Shown here one piece after another: positions 1 to 9,591 of a stretch of DNA of 64,000 nt. The position numbers were made by a program, and so were the translations under genes. Source of the stretch: a virus (taxonomy: Duplodnaviria; Caudoviricetes); the IMG/VR virus record IMGVR_UViG_3300022666_000111; one strand, written 5' to 3'. The notes beneath the pieces are model-generated. The model did no database searches and was not told where the DNA came from. It was given only the letters and a program-made list of their open reading frames with translations. Within the stretch, counting starts at the first letter, position 1; each line of letters begins with the position of its first letter.

Positions 1-219
1 CGCGACGGGTTCATAGCGGCAAGACGCCGGAGGTCCTTGGAGAGCGCGTGAGCGGTCTCTACAACATCGGGACCGATCGTAAGCTCCCCTCGGCATGGAT
101 GTCCAAATGCTACGGGGATGAAGAAGGAATGGAAACCCTCGTTCAATGGGTTTGCGAGGCGGGCTGCCCCGCTATGACCGTCGACGAGGGTGAAGGCAAC
201 ACCCGCTACCACCCGCAAT

Positions 220-444
220 TCAGATCCTACGCTGATGCTTTGGCTTGGCTCCAGGCCCTCGTTGACGCTTAGTCTCCCGCAGGAACGATACGTCCTCCGC
301 CACAAATGCCGTGAAGGGAAGCATGGCGAGCAAAGCCAGTGAGCCCACCTTCGTGTTCAGCAAGGCAAAGCACAAGACCGTCGTGATTGCCATTCCAACG
401 AAAGCGATGAGGGTAGCGTATCGGCAGAAGTTTGAAACTCTCAT
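220..444 (-). CDS. small membrane protein
   Basis: Two hydrophobic stretches; ATG at 444 downstream of a TTGATC-N13-GGCATA promoter. Confidence 0.6.
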   Translation of the reverse strand: MRVSNFCRYATLIAFVGMAITTVLCFALLNTKVGSLALLAMLPFTAFVAEDVSFLRETKRQRGPGAKPKHQRRI

Positions 445-476
445 GGTGTCCTTAGTATGCCGTTGTAGGTAACGGA

Positions 477-1085
477 TCAACGAGAAAGCTGTGTCCAAAT
501 CCAATCGACCCAAGTAGTTCGGCCTTTGGCGGTGGGGTGGAGGAGGTCAGAGCCCATCTCGGCATTGGATTCACGTCCGTCGAGGTAGGGGGTCTTGGAG
601 TCATTGATCATGGCTTTGAAGGCGTCCAGGCCGGGCACAGCGCGGGCGAGGCAGTCTTTCATGGCGTGACACACGGTGGGGTCGGTTGAGCCGATCTTGG
701 GCGGACCAAGCCAGACGATGCGGGTTGCTCCGGTACGGTTGAGGCGGTTCAAAAGCGTTGTGAGGTACGGGGGCTCATTGGTGATGATGCGCGTCCCCAT
801 ACAGGCGTCGTTGGCGCCAAGGGCTACGAGGATGATCGTCGGCTTGAAGGCGCGGGCACGCCAATGCTCCCGGTGGAGGCTGGTCGCCCATTGGATGACG
901 GTGCTCCCCGCCTTGGGATCGCCGCCAAAGGGGACGCCTTCAGCCTTTGCCTTGGCGGCCAGGTATGGGTAAATGAGGTAGCCGTTACTGTCACCGATGA
1001 GCCAAACGCGATCGGTGGCCTTAATCTCGGCCTTAGCCGTCGTGGCTGTGAGCAGTAGGGCTAGAATCAGGGGAAGATGCTTCAT
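477..1085 (-). CDS. secreted SGNH/GDSL hydrolase
   Basis: Signal peptide MKHLPLILALLL; blocks IGDS, LGANDA, DLLHP; GGTGTAG upstream of the start at 1085. Confidence 0.8.
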   Translation of the reverse strand: MKHLPLILALLLTATTAKAEIKATDRVWLIGDSNGYLIYPYLAAKAKAEGVPFGGDPKAGSTVIQWATSLHREHWRARAFKPTIILVALGANDACMGTRIITNEPPYLTTLLNRLNRTGATRIVWLGPPKIGSTDPTVCHAMKDCLARAVPGLDAFKAMINDSKTPYLDGRESNAEMGSDLLHPTAKGRTTWVDWIWTQLSR

Positions 1086-1109
1086 GGGTGATTTTCTACA
1101 CCAAAGAGG

Positions 1110-1134
1110 TTGATCTCTCGTAGGGTTAGGCATA
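1110..1134 (+). promoter_or_regulatory. phage promoter TTGATC-N13-GGCATA
   Basis: One of about 18 bipartite copies. Confidence 0.75.
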
Positions 1135-1142
1135 AGAGGGAC

Positions 1143-1481
1143 ATGGCAACCTTCAGGAAAGATAACCGAACAGGCGAGTGGAAAGTTTTTGGAACGGCTG
1201 ACGAGGTGGCCCCCGGGTCCGTCAGTGTTCGCAAATCGGATGGTACGTCGAAGACGGTTCAAGTGGATCGCGTGTCCAAGCCCTTCGACGTCAATGGGGT
1301 CCTGCACGTCTACGGCTACATTGCCGCCAGCACAGCGGCGTCAACGAGCACGGGGAGCTGCTGCGCGGAGTGCGGCGCACCAAGCTCACGGATGACCATG
1401 TGTTCGGATTCGAATGGCATCCAGGGACCCTGCTGCCCACGATGCGCAAGGATGTCACGCTTCGAACGCTCCTTCGCATAA
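1143..1481 (+). CDS. hypothetical protein with C-terminal Zn-ribbon
   Basis: CxxC...CxxC; promoter at 1110-1134 just before the ATG. Confidence 0.65.
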   Translation: MATFRKDNRTGEWKVFGTADEVAPGSVSVRKSDGTSKTVQVDRVSKPFDVNGVLHVYGYIAASTAASTSTGSCCAECGAPSSRMTMCSDSNGIQGPCCPRCARMSRFERSFA

Positions 1482-1507
1482 TCCTCCTGTGACCGGGCGA
1501 TGATGTT

Positions 1508-2134
1508 ATGCGCGACCTCATCGCCCGTGTTGCTGCCCGCTATGAATGTCAGGACCTCCTTCGGCAAATCCAAGGGGGTAAGCCTGCGATCCTCGTCCTG
1601 GTCACATCCTACCCTGGGATGGACATCCGCGTTTATCCCACAGAGGACCTCCCGCCCGAAAGGGTCGCGGCGCTTGACACCTACCTCCAGGGGATCTTCA
1701 CGGCCAAGAAGATCGAAGACTACGGCCCATGTAAGGACCCCGGGGGCGCCCCGCTCTCCTACATGGTTCAGTCAGCTTGGGAGCACATCAAAGACGCCCT
1801 CTTGGGAGTCTCTTGGGAGGGGGCACCTTTCAAGCTCCTGCTCAACCCACAGCCTTCGCTCTATCCGGATGCCGAAAGGCATCACTTGGTCATCGACTCC
1901 TACGGGGAAACCTTCGAGGCTATCTTGAGGGTTCTCAAAGCCATCAAGGCGCTAGGCGACGCGGGACATTCAACCTCTGTCGACATTGATGGGAAGGCCG
2001 TTGCTGGTGTTGACGGTGACGGCGCCGACCGCATTGAGGAGATTCTCGTGGACGGTAAATCTCTAGACAGGATCGCTTCCTGTGTGGTGGCCAAGTACAA
2101 GGCCAAGAAGAAGGTCAAGACCAAAACATCTTGA
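1508..2134 (+). CDS. hypothetical protein; probable former N-terminal domain of the TopoIB polyprotein
   Basis: Starts LIARVAARY; ends VVAKYKAKKKVKTK, which duplicates the TopoIB N-terminus. Confidence 0.65.
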   Translation: MRDLIARVAARYECQDLLRQIQGGKPAILVLVTSYPGMDIRVYPTEDLPPERVAALDTYLQGIFTAKKIEDYGPCKDPGGAPLSYMVQSAWEHIKDALLGVSWEGAPFKLLLNPQPSLYPDAERHHLVIDSYGETFEAILRVLKAIKALGDAGHSTSVDIDGKAVAGVDGDGADRIEEILVDGKSLDRIASCVVAKYKAKKKVKTKTS

Positions 2135-2159
2135 CCGTGTGTAACGGTAGCGGTATGTT
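2131..2159 (+). promoter_or_regulatory. sigma70-like promoter of the HNH gene (leaderless)
   Basis: TTGACC-N17-TATGTT, 6 nt before ATG 2166. Confidence 0.55.
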
Positions 2160-2165
2160 GTCAGT

Positions 2166-3029
2166 ATGTCTTGCACTGCTGAAGGTTGCCAGGAAGTCGC
2201 GCGTATTAGGGGCTTGTGTCTGAGGCATTACCACTTGGCGCGACGGTCAGGTACCCTGGACGTCAAACGCCGGGGTCGGGCTTGCCAGGTAGCAGGATGC
2301 CCTGAACCGCACTATGCTAAGGGGTACTGCTCGGGCCACTATGACGCTTGGAAGCGGTGGGGGGATCCCTTAAAACGGGTTCGCGGACACAGAGGTGACG
2401 GTCATGTTGACCGTTTTGGCTACAGGTGGGTTTCCATTGATGGGAGGCTTGTTTTGGAGCACCGTGTCATTATGGAGGCCACCCTCGGTAGACCGCTTCA
2501 ACCAGGAGAAAGGGTCACACACCTGAATGGGGACAGATCTGATAACCGGATCGAAAACCTGAGCATCGCAACCAAAGGGTACATTTCCAAAAAGGGTCAC
2601 CGGGTACTCAGTGTTAAGGGTAAGCAAGTCCTTGAGCATCGCCTGGTTATGGAACGGCATCTTGGTAGAAGCCTTGGTGCAAATGAGCAGGTGCTGCACA
2701 GGAACGGAGATCCCCTAGATAACCGTTTGGAGAATCTCCTGATCCGCAACACCACTCCCGGAAGCTCGGATGGCTACATCTATGTGTATGTGGCAGGGCG
2801 GGGTAATGTGGCGGAGCACCGCTGGCTTATGGAGGGGATTCTAGGACGACCTTTGACATCCGATGAGAGCGTCCACCACCGTAATGGTGACCGTCAAGAT
2901 AACAGAGCCGAAAACTTGGAGTTGTGGTCAAGGTACCAGCCCTCCGGACAACGTGTGGCGGATAAGCTAAAGTGGGCGCGGGAGATAATCTCTCGTTATG
3001 GACACCTTGAGCATGCTGCGTCTAGCTGA
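2166..3029 (+). CDS. HNH homing endonuclease with three tandem HNH_3 repeats
   Basis: Repeated EHRxxME..LGR.L...E.VxHxNGDxxDNRxENL; two N-terminal Cys/His modules. Confidence 0.9.
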   Translation: MSCTAEGCQEVARIRGLCLRHYHLARRSGTLDVKRRGRACQVAGCPEPHYAKGYCSGHYDAWKRWGDPLKRVRGHRGDGHVDRFGYRWVSIDGRLVLEHRVIMEATLGRPLQPGERVTHLNGDRSDNRIENLSIATKGYISKKGHRVLSVKGKQVLEHRLVMERHLGRSLGANEQVLHRNGDPLDNRLENLLIRNTTPGSSDGYIYVYVAGRGNVAEHRWLMEGILGRPLTSDESVHHRNGDRQDNRAENLELWSRYQPSGQRVADKLKWAREIISRYGHLEHAASS

Positions 3030-3870
3030 ACGGGTTGTGGCCCGCTACCAGTCAAAACACCGCGTCAAAACGAAAGACGGGGACGAAATGGTGGTCTACG
3101 AGTATTCGGAGCGCCAGATCGCCAACCGAAACCGTAAGAAGGCGGAACGCCTCGAGAAGCTCAAGAAGAACATCGGCAACCTCCGCAAACGCGTCCAGCA
3201 GGACCTCAAGAGCAGTGACCCTGACACCATGCTATCCGCCCTGGCGGTAGCCCTCATCGACCACACGTATGAACGTGTAGGGAACGAGGAGTCTGCTGAT
3301 GATGGGCACTTCGGGGTCACCGGGTGGACCCGCAAGCACATTAGCTTCGGTCGTGGGAACGCGACGGTGAAGTACGTTGGCAAGTCCGGCGTGAAGCACA
3401 CCAAGAAGATCTCCGACGCCAGCATTCTCAAGGCCCTCAAGGATGTCTACGAGGCCCGGGAGGACGAGGACGAGAGCATCTTCACGCATGACTTGGGGAA
3501 GGTTGATGCCCGCAAGGTCAACGCCTACCTCAAGCAATTTGACGTGACAGCCAAGGACCTCCGAGGCTTCCACGCCAATCGAGAAATGCAAGAGCGCCTC
3601 AAGGAGATTCGCTCCAAGGGCAAGGCGCTATCCGAAGACAAGAAGGCCCGGGAGAAGCAGCTCAAGGCGGAATTCCTCAAAGCGCTTGAGGCAACGGCTG
3701 AGGCTGTCGGGCATGAGCCTGCGACCCTACGGTCGCAGTATTTGGTTCCGGGGCTCGAGGACGAGTACGTTAACAAGGGTACCGTAATGCCGTCCTTCAA
3801 AAAAGACGCTTCCAGTCTTGCAATACGCGTCATTCAACGCTATCTTGGGGCATGCTCAAGAAATGGGTGA
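3013..3870 (+). CDS. DNA topoisomerase IB (bacterial/poxvirus-type catalytic core)
   Basis: ERVGNE, FGVTG, YVGKSG, TAKDLRGFHAN, GHEPATLRSQY catalytic motifs. Confidence 0.9.
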   Translation: MLRLAERVVARYQSKHRVKTKDGDEMVVYEYSERQIANRNRKKAERLEKLKKNIGNLRKRVQQDLKSSDPDTMLSALAVALIDHTYERVGNEESADDGHFGVTGWTRKHISFGRGNATVKYVGKSGVKHTKKISDASILKALKDVYEAREDEDESIFTHDLGKVDARKVNAYLKQFDVTAKDLRGFHANREMQERLKEIRSKGKALSEDKKAREKQLKAEFLKALEATAEAVGHEPATLRSQYLVPGLEDEYVNKGTVMPSFKKDASSLAIRVIQRYLGACSRNG

Positions 3871-4709
3871 TCTATTCCCTTGAAGATCCGCGCGGTGGTG
3901 GTGTACGATACGTAGGCATCACACACCAAGAACCCCAAAAGAGACTTCGAGGGCACTTGTCCAAAGCCCGTCGAGGTGCCCGTTCCCACCTGTTCAACTG
4001 GATCAGGAAGCTTCAAGCAGATGGCGTTGAGCCTATCTTGCGTGTACTTGAATCGGGCTCTGGGGAAGGGTGGGGTGCTGCCGAAACTCAATGGATTGCG
4101 TGGCATCGTACACTAGGCTGCGACCTCACAAACGCCACAGATGGTGGGGAGGGATGCCCAGGTCACAAGGTATCCCTGGAGGCTCGTCAGAAGATGCGTG
4201 AGGCTCGACTGGGGAAACCCTTGAGCCCTGAGCACAAGGCGAAGGTGGCTGCGGGTAATCGCGGCAAGAAAATGCGTCCCGAGTCCATTGCGTTGGGTGT
4301 TGAAAAGAGGTGTGGGTTCAAACATACCGCCGAAGCACGAGCGAAGATATCTGCTGCCAGAAAAGGGAAGGCGGGGTGGATCCCCACCCCTGATGTGTTA
4401 GCTAAACGTGCGCGAGCAATACAAGCGGCTATGTCGAACAAACGCGCGGCTGGGGGAACGTTTAGCCCTGATGCAGCAACTCGCGCCAAGATCAGCCAGG
4501 CCAACAAGGGTCTGAAGCGGAGCCCTGAAACCCGCGCCAGGATGTCAGCGGCGCGTAAGGCGGTTTGTGCTAAAGAACGAGAACGGACGGGGAAGCAATT
4601 GGGAGAGAGAGCCTCCCACAAGACATGCCCTATATGTGGGCTTCACATGCACAGACAAAGCAAGACTTGCAGAAGTTGTTTTGAAAAGGCTAAGACACAC
4701 TGTTGTTAG
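3852..4709 (+). CDS. GIY-YIG homing endonuclease with NUMOD3 repeats
   Basis: VIYSLEDPR..VRYVGIT; LTNATDGGEG; repeated S.E.R.K[MI]S. Confidence 0.9.
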   Translation: MLKKWVIYSLEDPRGGGVRYVGITHQEPQKRLRGHLSKARRGARSHLFNWIRKLQADGVEPILRVLESGSGEGWGAAETQWIAWHRTLGCDLTNATDGGEGCPGHKVSLEARQKMREARLGKPLSPEHKAKVAAGNRGKKMRPESIALGVEKRCGFKHTAEARAKISAARKGKAGWIPTPDVLAKRARAIQAAMSNKRAAGGTFSPDAATRAKISQANKGLKRSPETRARMSAARKAVCAKERERTGKQLGERASHKTCPICGLHMHRQSKTCRSCFEKAKTHCC

Positions 4710-4714
4710 ATCGG

Positions 4715-5152
4715 GTCCCAGGGCTTGAGGAGGACTTCATGGCGGACGGTAAGGTGGACGGCAATTTCGTCAAGTCAGCATCCTTGGAGCAGCGCGTGGT
4801 ACAGCGCTACCTAGCGGATCGACGGGCAGCGGCCAAGTTTGCCGTCGTCGATACCTACGCGGCGCTTGTCAAGAAGTGTCATGATGCGGAGTACACTGGG
4901 GTCCAAAAGATCCTGGCCCGGGTCAATCTGATCGCGAAGACCATTGGCTACACTCTTGACATGCAGCAATCCTACCTCGAGGCGCGGACCGGGAGCGAGA
5001 CGACCATTGAAGGTCGGTTGCGCTTCAAGGAGATCCCCGGGGCGAGGAATATCGTCCTGGGAGAATCCGCTATTCACACGGCTATGCGTGACCTCTTTGA
5101 CCTGTGGTCCTACCCACGTATGAACCAGGATGGGTTCGACATTAGTGTCTAA
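4715..5152 (+). CDS. displaced native C-terminus of TopoIB plus extra domain (may restart at ATG 4739)
   Basis: VPGLEEDF...SLEQRVVQRYL duplicates the TopoIB end; GAGGAGG before ATG 4739. Confidence 0.6.
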   Translation, partial: VPGLEEDFMADGKVDGNFVKSASLEQRVVQRYLADRRAAAKFAVVDTYAALVKKCHDAEYTGVQKILARVNLIAKTIGYTLDMQQSYLEARTGSETTIEGRLRFKEIPGARNIVLGESAIHTAMRDLFDLWSYPRMNQDGFDISV

Positions 5153-5203
5153 AGCGCCGCTCATACATTGATCGACACCCTCCAGGGGTGTAGTATGGGC
5201 ATC

Positions 5204-6052
5204 ATGCAGATTGCAGAACTACACTTAGCACCAAGCAACGTTGAGGAGACGCTTCACCGTATCCTTGACGACCTGGACCTTCCTCGCGTAGAGGCGCGGA
5301 CGGGGCTTCGGCTTTCCGAGCTGGTCCCACGCCTTCGTGAGTACCGCCACAATCAAGATCAATTCCACCAGGGCGAAACGATCCTTGAGCACATCCAGAT
5401 GGTTCTCGAGGATCTCGAGCGCATCACGGTTGGGTTGGGCTACCCAGACAGGCAGCTCCTCAACGCCACGGCGCTCTTCCACGACCTGGGGAAGGCTTAC
5501 ACGCGGACCGTTGAGGACGGCCGGTTCAAGTATCACCGGCACGCTGAGGTCAGCGGGCTCGTCTACGACGCTCTCATGGCTCAAGAAACTAGCCAGGAGT
5601 TCTTCCTGATCCGAGACCTTGTCCGGCTACACGACGTCTTCTTGGATCTTGCGCGGGCGCGACGGGAGGCCACTGGGGGATCGCTGCGTTACCTCAACCG
5701 GCTCATGACGGAGCCTCTCGTTCAGCAAGGGCGGCTCTACTTGCTCCTACACTTCGTTCAAGCGGATACCGCGAGGGCGCAGCAGGATAACGCCTCCGCC
5801 CGGAGCCTCCAGCGTGTCTTGAGCGACATCGAATCCTACCAGATTCGTCAAGCTGAAGAGGTCGAGCTACGACGCCGGATGCAAGAACGGGCTGTGACAC
5901 ATGCCGATGCCATCCGTGACCTTGTCCAAGAGGTCCCAGAAGCCGCAGCGGTCCTCCCTAACATCTCCGCTATGAACGAGATTCTGGGCCGCGTTCGTCG
6001 CTACGACCTCATTCGGGCTACGCAAGCTATCCTGCAAGGGAGCCCCACATGA
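5204..6052 (+). CDS. HD-domain phosphohydrolase
   Basis: ILEH...LFHDLGK...HAEVS...HD...AD; promoter at 5168-5193. Confidence 0.8.
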   Translation: MQIAELHLAPSNVEETLHRILDDLDLPRVEARTGLRLSELVPRLREYRHNQDQFHQGETILEHIQMVLEDLERITVGLGYPDRQLLNATALFHDLGKAYTRTVEDGRFKYHRHAEVSGLVYDALMAQETSQEFFLIRDLVRLHDVFLDLARARREATGGSLRYLNRLMTEPLVQQGRLYLLLHFVQADTARAQQDNASARSLQRVLSDIESYQIRQAEEVELRRRMQERAVTHADAIRDLVQEVPEAAAVLPNISAMNEILGRVRRYDLIRATQAILQGSPT

Positions 6053-6291
6053 AGTACCTCCTCGTCCTTCTCGTTCTCACCGTAGGCTGCCACGATATGC
6101 GCGCAACCAACCCGGTCTCCGCAGAGTACCCGTGTGGGACACGTGCGCACCCTTGTAGCCGGGCACCGCTCACATGCTGCTGGAATGCTATGGTGTGTGG
6201 AGGGCTCGAGGGGACGGGGTGTCCCGCAGGGATGTGTTGTGCCATTGATAACGAGCGGACGCCCCAATGGCTGGGCTACAGCAGCCCGTAG
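6049..6291 (+). CDS. small Cys-rich lipoprotein
   Basis: Lipobox-like LTVGC; eight further Cys. Confidence 0.6.
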   Translation: MKYLLVLLVLTVGCHDMRATNPVSAEYPCGTRAHPCSRAPLTCCWNAMVCGGLEGTGCPAGMCCAIDNERTPQWLGYSSP

Positions 6292-6590
6292 TCGCGCAGG
6301 TACTCCCGCCAAGCATCCCAAGCCTCGGAAAGACCTCGCCAAGGGGCTATGGAGATCTCGGTGCCCCTCTTGCTTAGCGTGATCGTGTAGTGTGGGCGCT
6401 CCCAAATCCACAGACGGTATTCGGACCCCAGGACCGTCTTGGTCTGACGACCGAACCGCGCCTTGTGGCGGGCAAGCTTGATCTGGAAGGTGTCTCCGGC
6501 TTTGAGGGCGTAGCGTCGGTAGGCGTCGACCCAGCGATCGGGGTCGCCCTCATTGAGGATGATCTGCTCAATTGGAATTCGATCGTCCAT
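6276..6590 (-). CDS. hypothetical protein
   Basis: ORF within a minus-strand gene run. Confidence 0.5.
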   Translation of the reverse strand: MDDRIPIEQIILNEGDPDRWVDAYRRYALKAGDTFQIKLARHKARFGRQTKTVLGSEYRLWIWERPHYTITLSKRGTEISIAPWRGLSEAWDAWREYLRDYGLL

Positions 6591-6863
6591 CACAAGCCTC
6601 GCGGCAGGCTTCGGCCACGTAGTCCTCGCCGAGCTTCCAAGCGTGTCGGTAGTAGACGAAGGTGGCGGCGGCGCGAAGCGGGCACTTGAAGCTCCTGTAG
6701 CCAAAGGAATTGGCCTTCGCCCCGGGGGGAAGGTAGTCAGGGTCCCATTCTACCTCGTAGGTGCCTTGATCCGTCGATCGGACGGTCAACAGGTCCCCAT
6801 AGAGGTTGATGTCAAATCCAGCGGGGTGCTTCAGAAGGGTCAAGACCGCCTGAATCTCAGCCC

Positions 6864-7274
6864 TTAGCTCTCGTCGTCGTCCTCTCGAAGTCGGTCCAAC
6901 CATGATTGACCCTCTGGTGCTGGTGTGGCTTCCTTGCGCTTACGGCCCCGACGTGCGGGCGCCGGAGGGGCCGCTGGGGCTTGGGGCTCTGGTGTTGCTA
7001 CGGTCGGGGGTGCTGGCGTTTGCGGGCGTTGCTGGTGCTCAGCTAGACGCCTGACTCTGCCTTGAAGATCCTCAATGGCTTCAGCTTGCGCACGAAGACG
7101 GGTGCGTACCATATCCAGGACGTCTTCAGACAGGTTGGAAGTCTCGTGCCGGATCATCCATGTCATGTAGTAACGCCAGGCCCGCCAGATCAAAATGAGC
7201 GCAAGCGAGAGAAGCATGGCGGCGACCCGCCAGTCACGGATGATGTAGGTCGAGACTTTCTCAAACCACGTCAT
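6864..7274 (-). CDS. membrane-anchored coiled-coil protein with acidic C-terminal tag
   Basis: One TM helix, Pro-rich linker, ends SWLDRLREDDDES. Confidence 0.6.
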   Translation of the reverse strand: MTWFEKVSTYIIRDWRVAAMLLSLALILIWRAWRYYMTWMIRHETSNLSEDVLDMVRTRLRAQAEAIEDLQGRVRRLAEHQQRPQTPAPPTVATPEPQAPAAPPAPARRGRKRKEATPAPEGQSWLDRLREDDDES

Positions 7275-7971
7275 TGGGGTCTATGTCCCAGGCTGGACGT
7301 GCGGGTTGCTGTTCAAAAGCCTTGATGGGGGCGTAGCTACGGCGGTGGATCGGGCAGGGGCCGAGCTTGCGCAGCGCCTCCTCGTGGACTTTGGTGCCGT
7401 ATCCCTTGTGCTTCTCGAATCCGTAGCCGGGGTAGTCTTGAGCAAAGCGGGCCATCTCCCGATCACGGTAGACCTTGGCGATGACGCTTGCCAAGGTGAT
7501 GGCAGGGACGATCTGGTCACCTTTGGGGAGGCAGAAGACTTGGGGGTTGTGCTCTGGATCCAGGTTGGGGTTGATGCTCCCATCCACGATCACGATGGGG
7601 TTCACCGGGAGGCGGTGGAACGTCCCCTGGATCGCAAGGCGATGAGCCAAGCGTAGGGCCGCTGAAGCCCCGAGGCGGTCAATCTCCTCGGGGGGCATGA
7701 CGTAGGGGCTGATGACGATGCTATCGTTTGGCTTGAGCCAATAGCGGTCAAAGATACGCTCCCGTTCGGTCTCGGTGAGCATCTTGGAGTCACGCCAAGG
7801 GTTGCCTGGGCCACGGTTTCGGAATTCAGGATCGGTGGGTTCCCAATCACAAGAGACGGCGACCGCGCAGGTGAGGAGGGGGCCAGCCCAGGCCCCGTAG
7901 CCAGCCTCGTCGCTTCCGACAATCGGGGTGGCCCTTGCAGTATCGATGGTGGGGATGCCTGTCTTGAGCAT
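7261..7971 (-). CDS. rnhB: ribonuclease HII
   Basis: GSDEAGYG, DSK, IVDG, PKGD, ASVIAKVYRD, YPGYGFEKHKGYGT. Confidence 0.93.
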   Translation of the reverse strand: MLKTGIPTIDTARATPIVGSDEAGYGAWAGPLLTCAVAVSCDWEPTDPEFRNRGPGNPWRDSKMLTETERERIFDRYWLKPNDSIVISPYVMPPEEIDRLGASAALRLAHRLAIQGTFHRLPVNPIVIVDGSINPNLDPEHNPQVFCLPKGDQIVPAITLASVIAKVYRDREMARFAQDYPGYGFEKHKGYGTKVHEEALRKLGPCPIHRRSYAPIKAFEQQPARPAWDIDPNDVV

Positions 7972-7979
7972 GATGCCAT

Positions 7980-8369
7980 CTACACCAGATTAGCCGTGTC
8001 GCACAACCCTCGAAGCTGGATTTCAGCGGTATGTAGCGCAGCTTTGTAGACCTGCATCTGCCAGGAGTTGAGCCGCACGCCACGGACCGGAACGAAGAGG
8101 GCCTTCTTGAGCTTGACGCCATCCATCAGACGCCCACCGGGGTAAGTCACCTTGCAGAGTTCGAGGGGATCAACAACAAGCTGACCAAGCACGACGTGGG
8201 CGGCGGAGTCAGCCCCCATGCGACCGTCGTCACAATAGTGTCCAGGGCATGTTGCGACGTCAGCCAGGATGGCCTTGGCGGACCAGAGGACCGTGAGGTG
8301 GTGCATGACAGCACCGGGGAGGTTGTTGAGCGTTTTACCAATGACACTGGAAGTCGTGTGTTGAACCAT
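7980..8369 (-). CDS. hypothetical protein
   Basis: GGTGTAG 9 nt before start; its own Val-stop forms the rnhB promoter core. Confidence 0.6.
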   Translation of the reverse strand: MVQHTTSSVIGKTLNNLPGAVMHHLTVLWSAKAILADVATCPGHYCDDGRMGADSAAHVVLGQLVVDPLELCKVTYPGGRLMDGVKLKKALFVPVRGVRLNSWQMQVYKAALHTAEIQLRGLCDTANLV

Positions 8370-8378
8370 GCCTCAAAG

Positions 8379-8927
8379 CTACACCGGATCAACCTCTAGG
8401 GTGCGGTTTATCTTCTTGAGGTCGTCAAGCTCCTCCAGCTCCTTGGTTATGCTGAACGCCTCCAGCTCCTTGGCTTCCGCCCGCAGCCTTCGAAGCTCCT
8501 TCAATTGCTTGGCGAAGGCCGCCTCTGCTACGGTGATGTTGTCTCGGAGGGACTTCTGGTATGCTTCACGATACTGGTTGAACCGTAGCGCGGCGGCTTC
8601 CAGTGTTAGATCGCACTTCGACTTGGGGTAGGCGTACACCTTACCCACCTCCTCGGAGCGCGTCTTGTATCTCGCGCCGGACCAAATCAGATCGAGCTTG
8701 ATGCCAAGGAAGGCTGGGCCGCCCATCCGGACGGGCCGATCGCGTTCGCCTACGCACGTAAGCATGTGGATCGCCATTGATTGGAGGCTGAGCCCCTTGT
8801 CGACGTAGTAAATGGTCCTTGGGAGGGCGCGTAGGGCGCACCAGTCATCGGCGACGTCTATGGCAGCGTTGGGCTTTGGTGTTACAGGGGGCGCGCAAAG
8901 CTCATCCCAGTCGTCTTCGATGGTCAT
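8379..8927 (-). CDS. hypothetical coiled-coil protein
   Basis: N-terminal acidic EDDWDEL; C-terminal coiled coil. Confidence 0.6.
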   Translation of the reverse strand: MTIEDDWDELCAPPVTPKPNAAIDVADDWCALRALPRTIYYVDKGLSLQSMAIHMLTCVGERDRPVRMGGPAFLGIKLDLIWSGARYKTRSEEVGKVYAYPKSKCDLTLEAAALRFNQYREAYQKSLRDNITVAEAAFAKQLKELRRLRAEAKELEAFSITKELEELDDLKKINRTLEVDPV

Positions 8928-8934
8928 GGCGTCC

Positions 8935-9288
8935 TCATACGAGCACGTGCTTCACGTTGTGCTTGGTTACCTTGCCCTTCTTGAGGCGAAGCCCTGAGAA
9001 GGAGTCACCGCCCTCCCAAGTCAAGACCAGGTCCGCCGACCCGTTGAAGGCGGGGAGGATCTTCTTGAGCAGATCTTCGGAGCCGCTGTTACCGCTCCAC
9101 CAGATGTGCTTGGGGTAGATCCGGCCGTTCTTGACGGTCTGGCCTTTGACCCAGCCGGGATCGAAGATGTTGACCTCTGGGAGGTACTCGTCCTCCGCGT
9201 ACTTCTCCTCGAGGGCCTTGTAGTCCTCCAGAGAAATGTAGAAGTCCTTGGATTCGACGATCTGGATTGAATCGATGTTGTAACTCAT
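8935..9288 (-). CDS. hypothetical protein
   Basis: Promoter at 9297-9321; strong GC3 bias. Confidence 0.65.
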   Translation of the reverse strand: MSYNIDSIQIVESKDFYISLEDYKALEEKYAEDEYLPEVNIFDPGWVKGQTVKNGRIYPKHIWWSGNSGSEDLLKKILPAFNGSADLVLTWEGGDSFSGLRLKKGKVTKHNVKHVLV

Positions 9289-9321
9289 GCTGCTCCTATG
9301 CCCCAAGGTGCTGAGGATCAA

Positions 9322-9591
9322 CTAGAAAAGGGTCGAATCCGACATCTTTCGACGGAAGGCGACGCGGCCGGGCTCTTGCCCAGGGGCCGTCCAAACCTCG
9401 TAGACGCGTCCGTGGGCGCTTAGGTTGCCCCGGTAGTCCCTGTGCTCATAGCTCGGGGGCGTAAAGCGCGTGCCCCATTCCGGCTGGATAGCTGCGAGGG
9501 TATCCTTGTGGAAGACGAGCTTGATGCTTGAGGTCTCGTCAACAAGACGCCGGTCGAGAACGGCGGCCATACGGAGGGAGTCTTCGCTCAT
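9322..9591 (-). CDS. hypothetical protein
   Basis: Start overlaps the upstream stop. Confidence 0.5.
   Translation of the reverse strand: MSEDSLRMAAVLDRRLVDETSSIKLVFHKDTLAAIQPEWGTRFTPPSYEHRDYRGNLSAHGRVYEVWTAPGQEPGRVAFRRKMSDSTLF

Noticed and set aside
2135-4714. Group I introns or inteins around TopoIB
   Set aside because: There is no non-coding room for a ribozyme core and no intein terminal motifs; the duplicated coding ends make splicing unnecessary. Not excluded experimentally.
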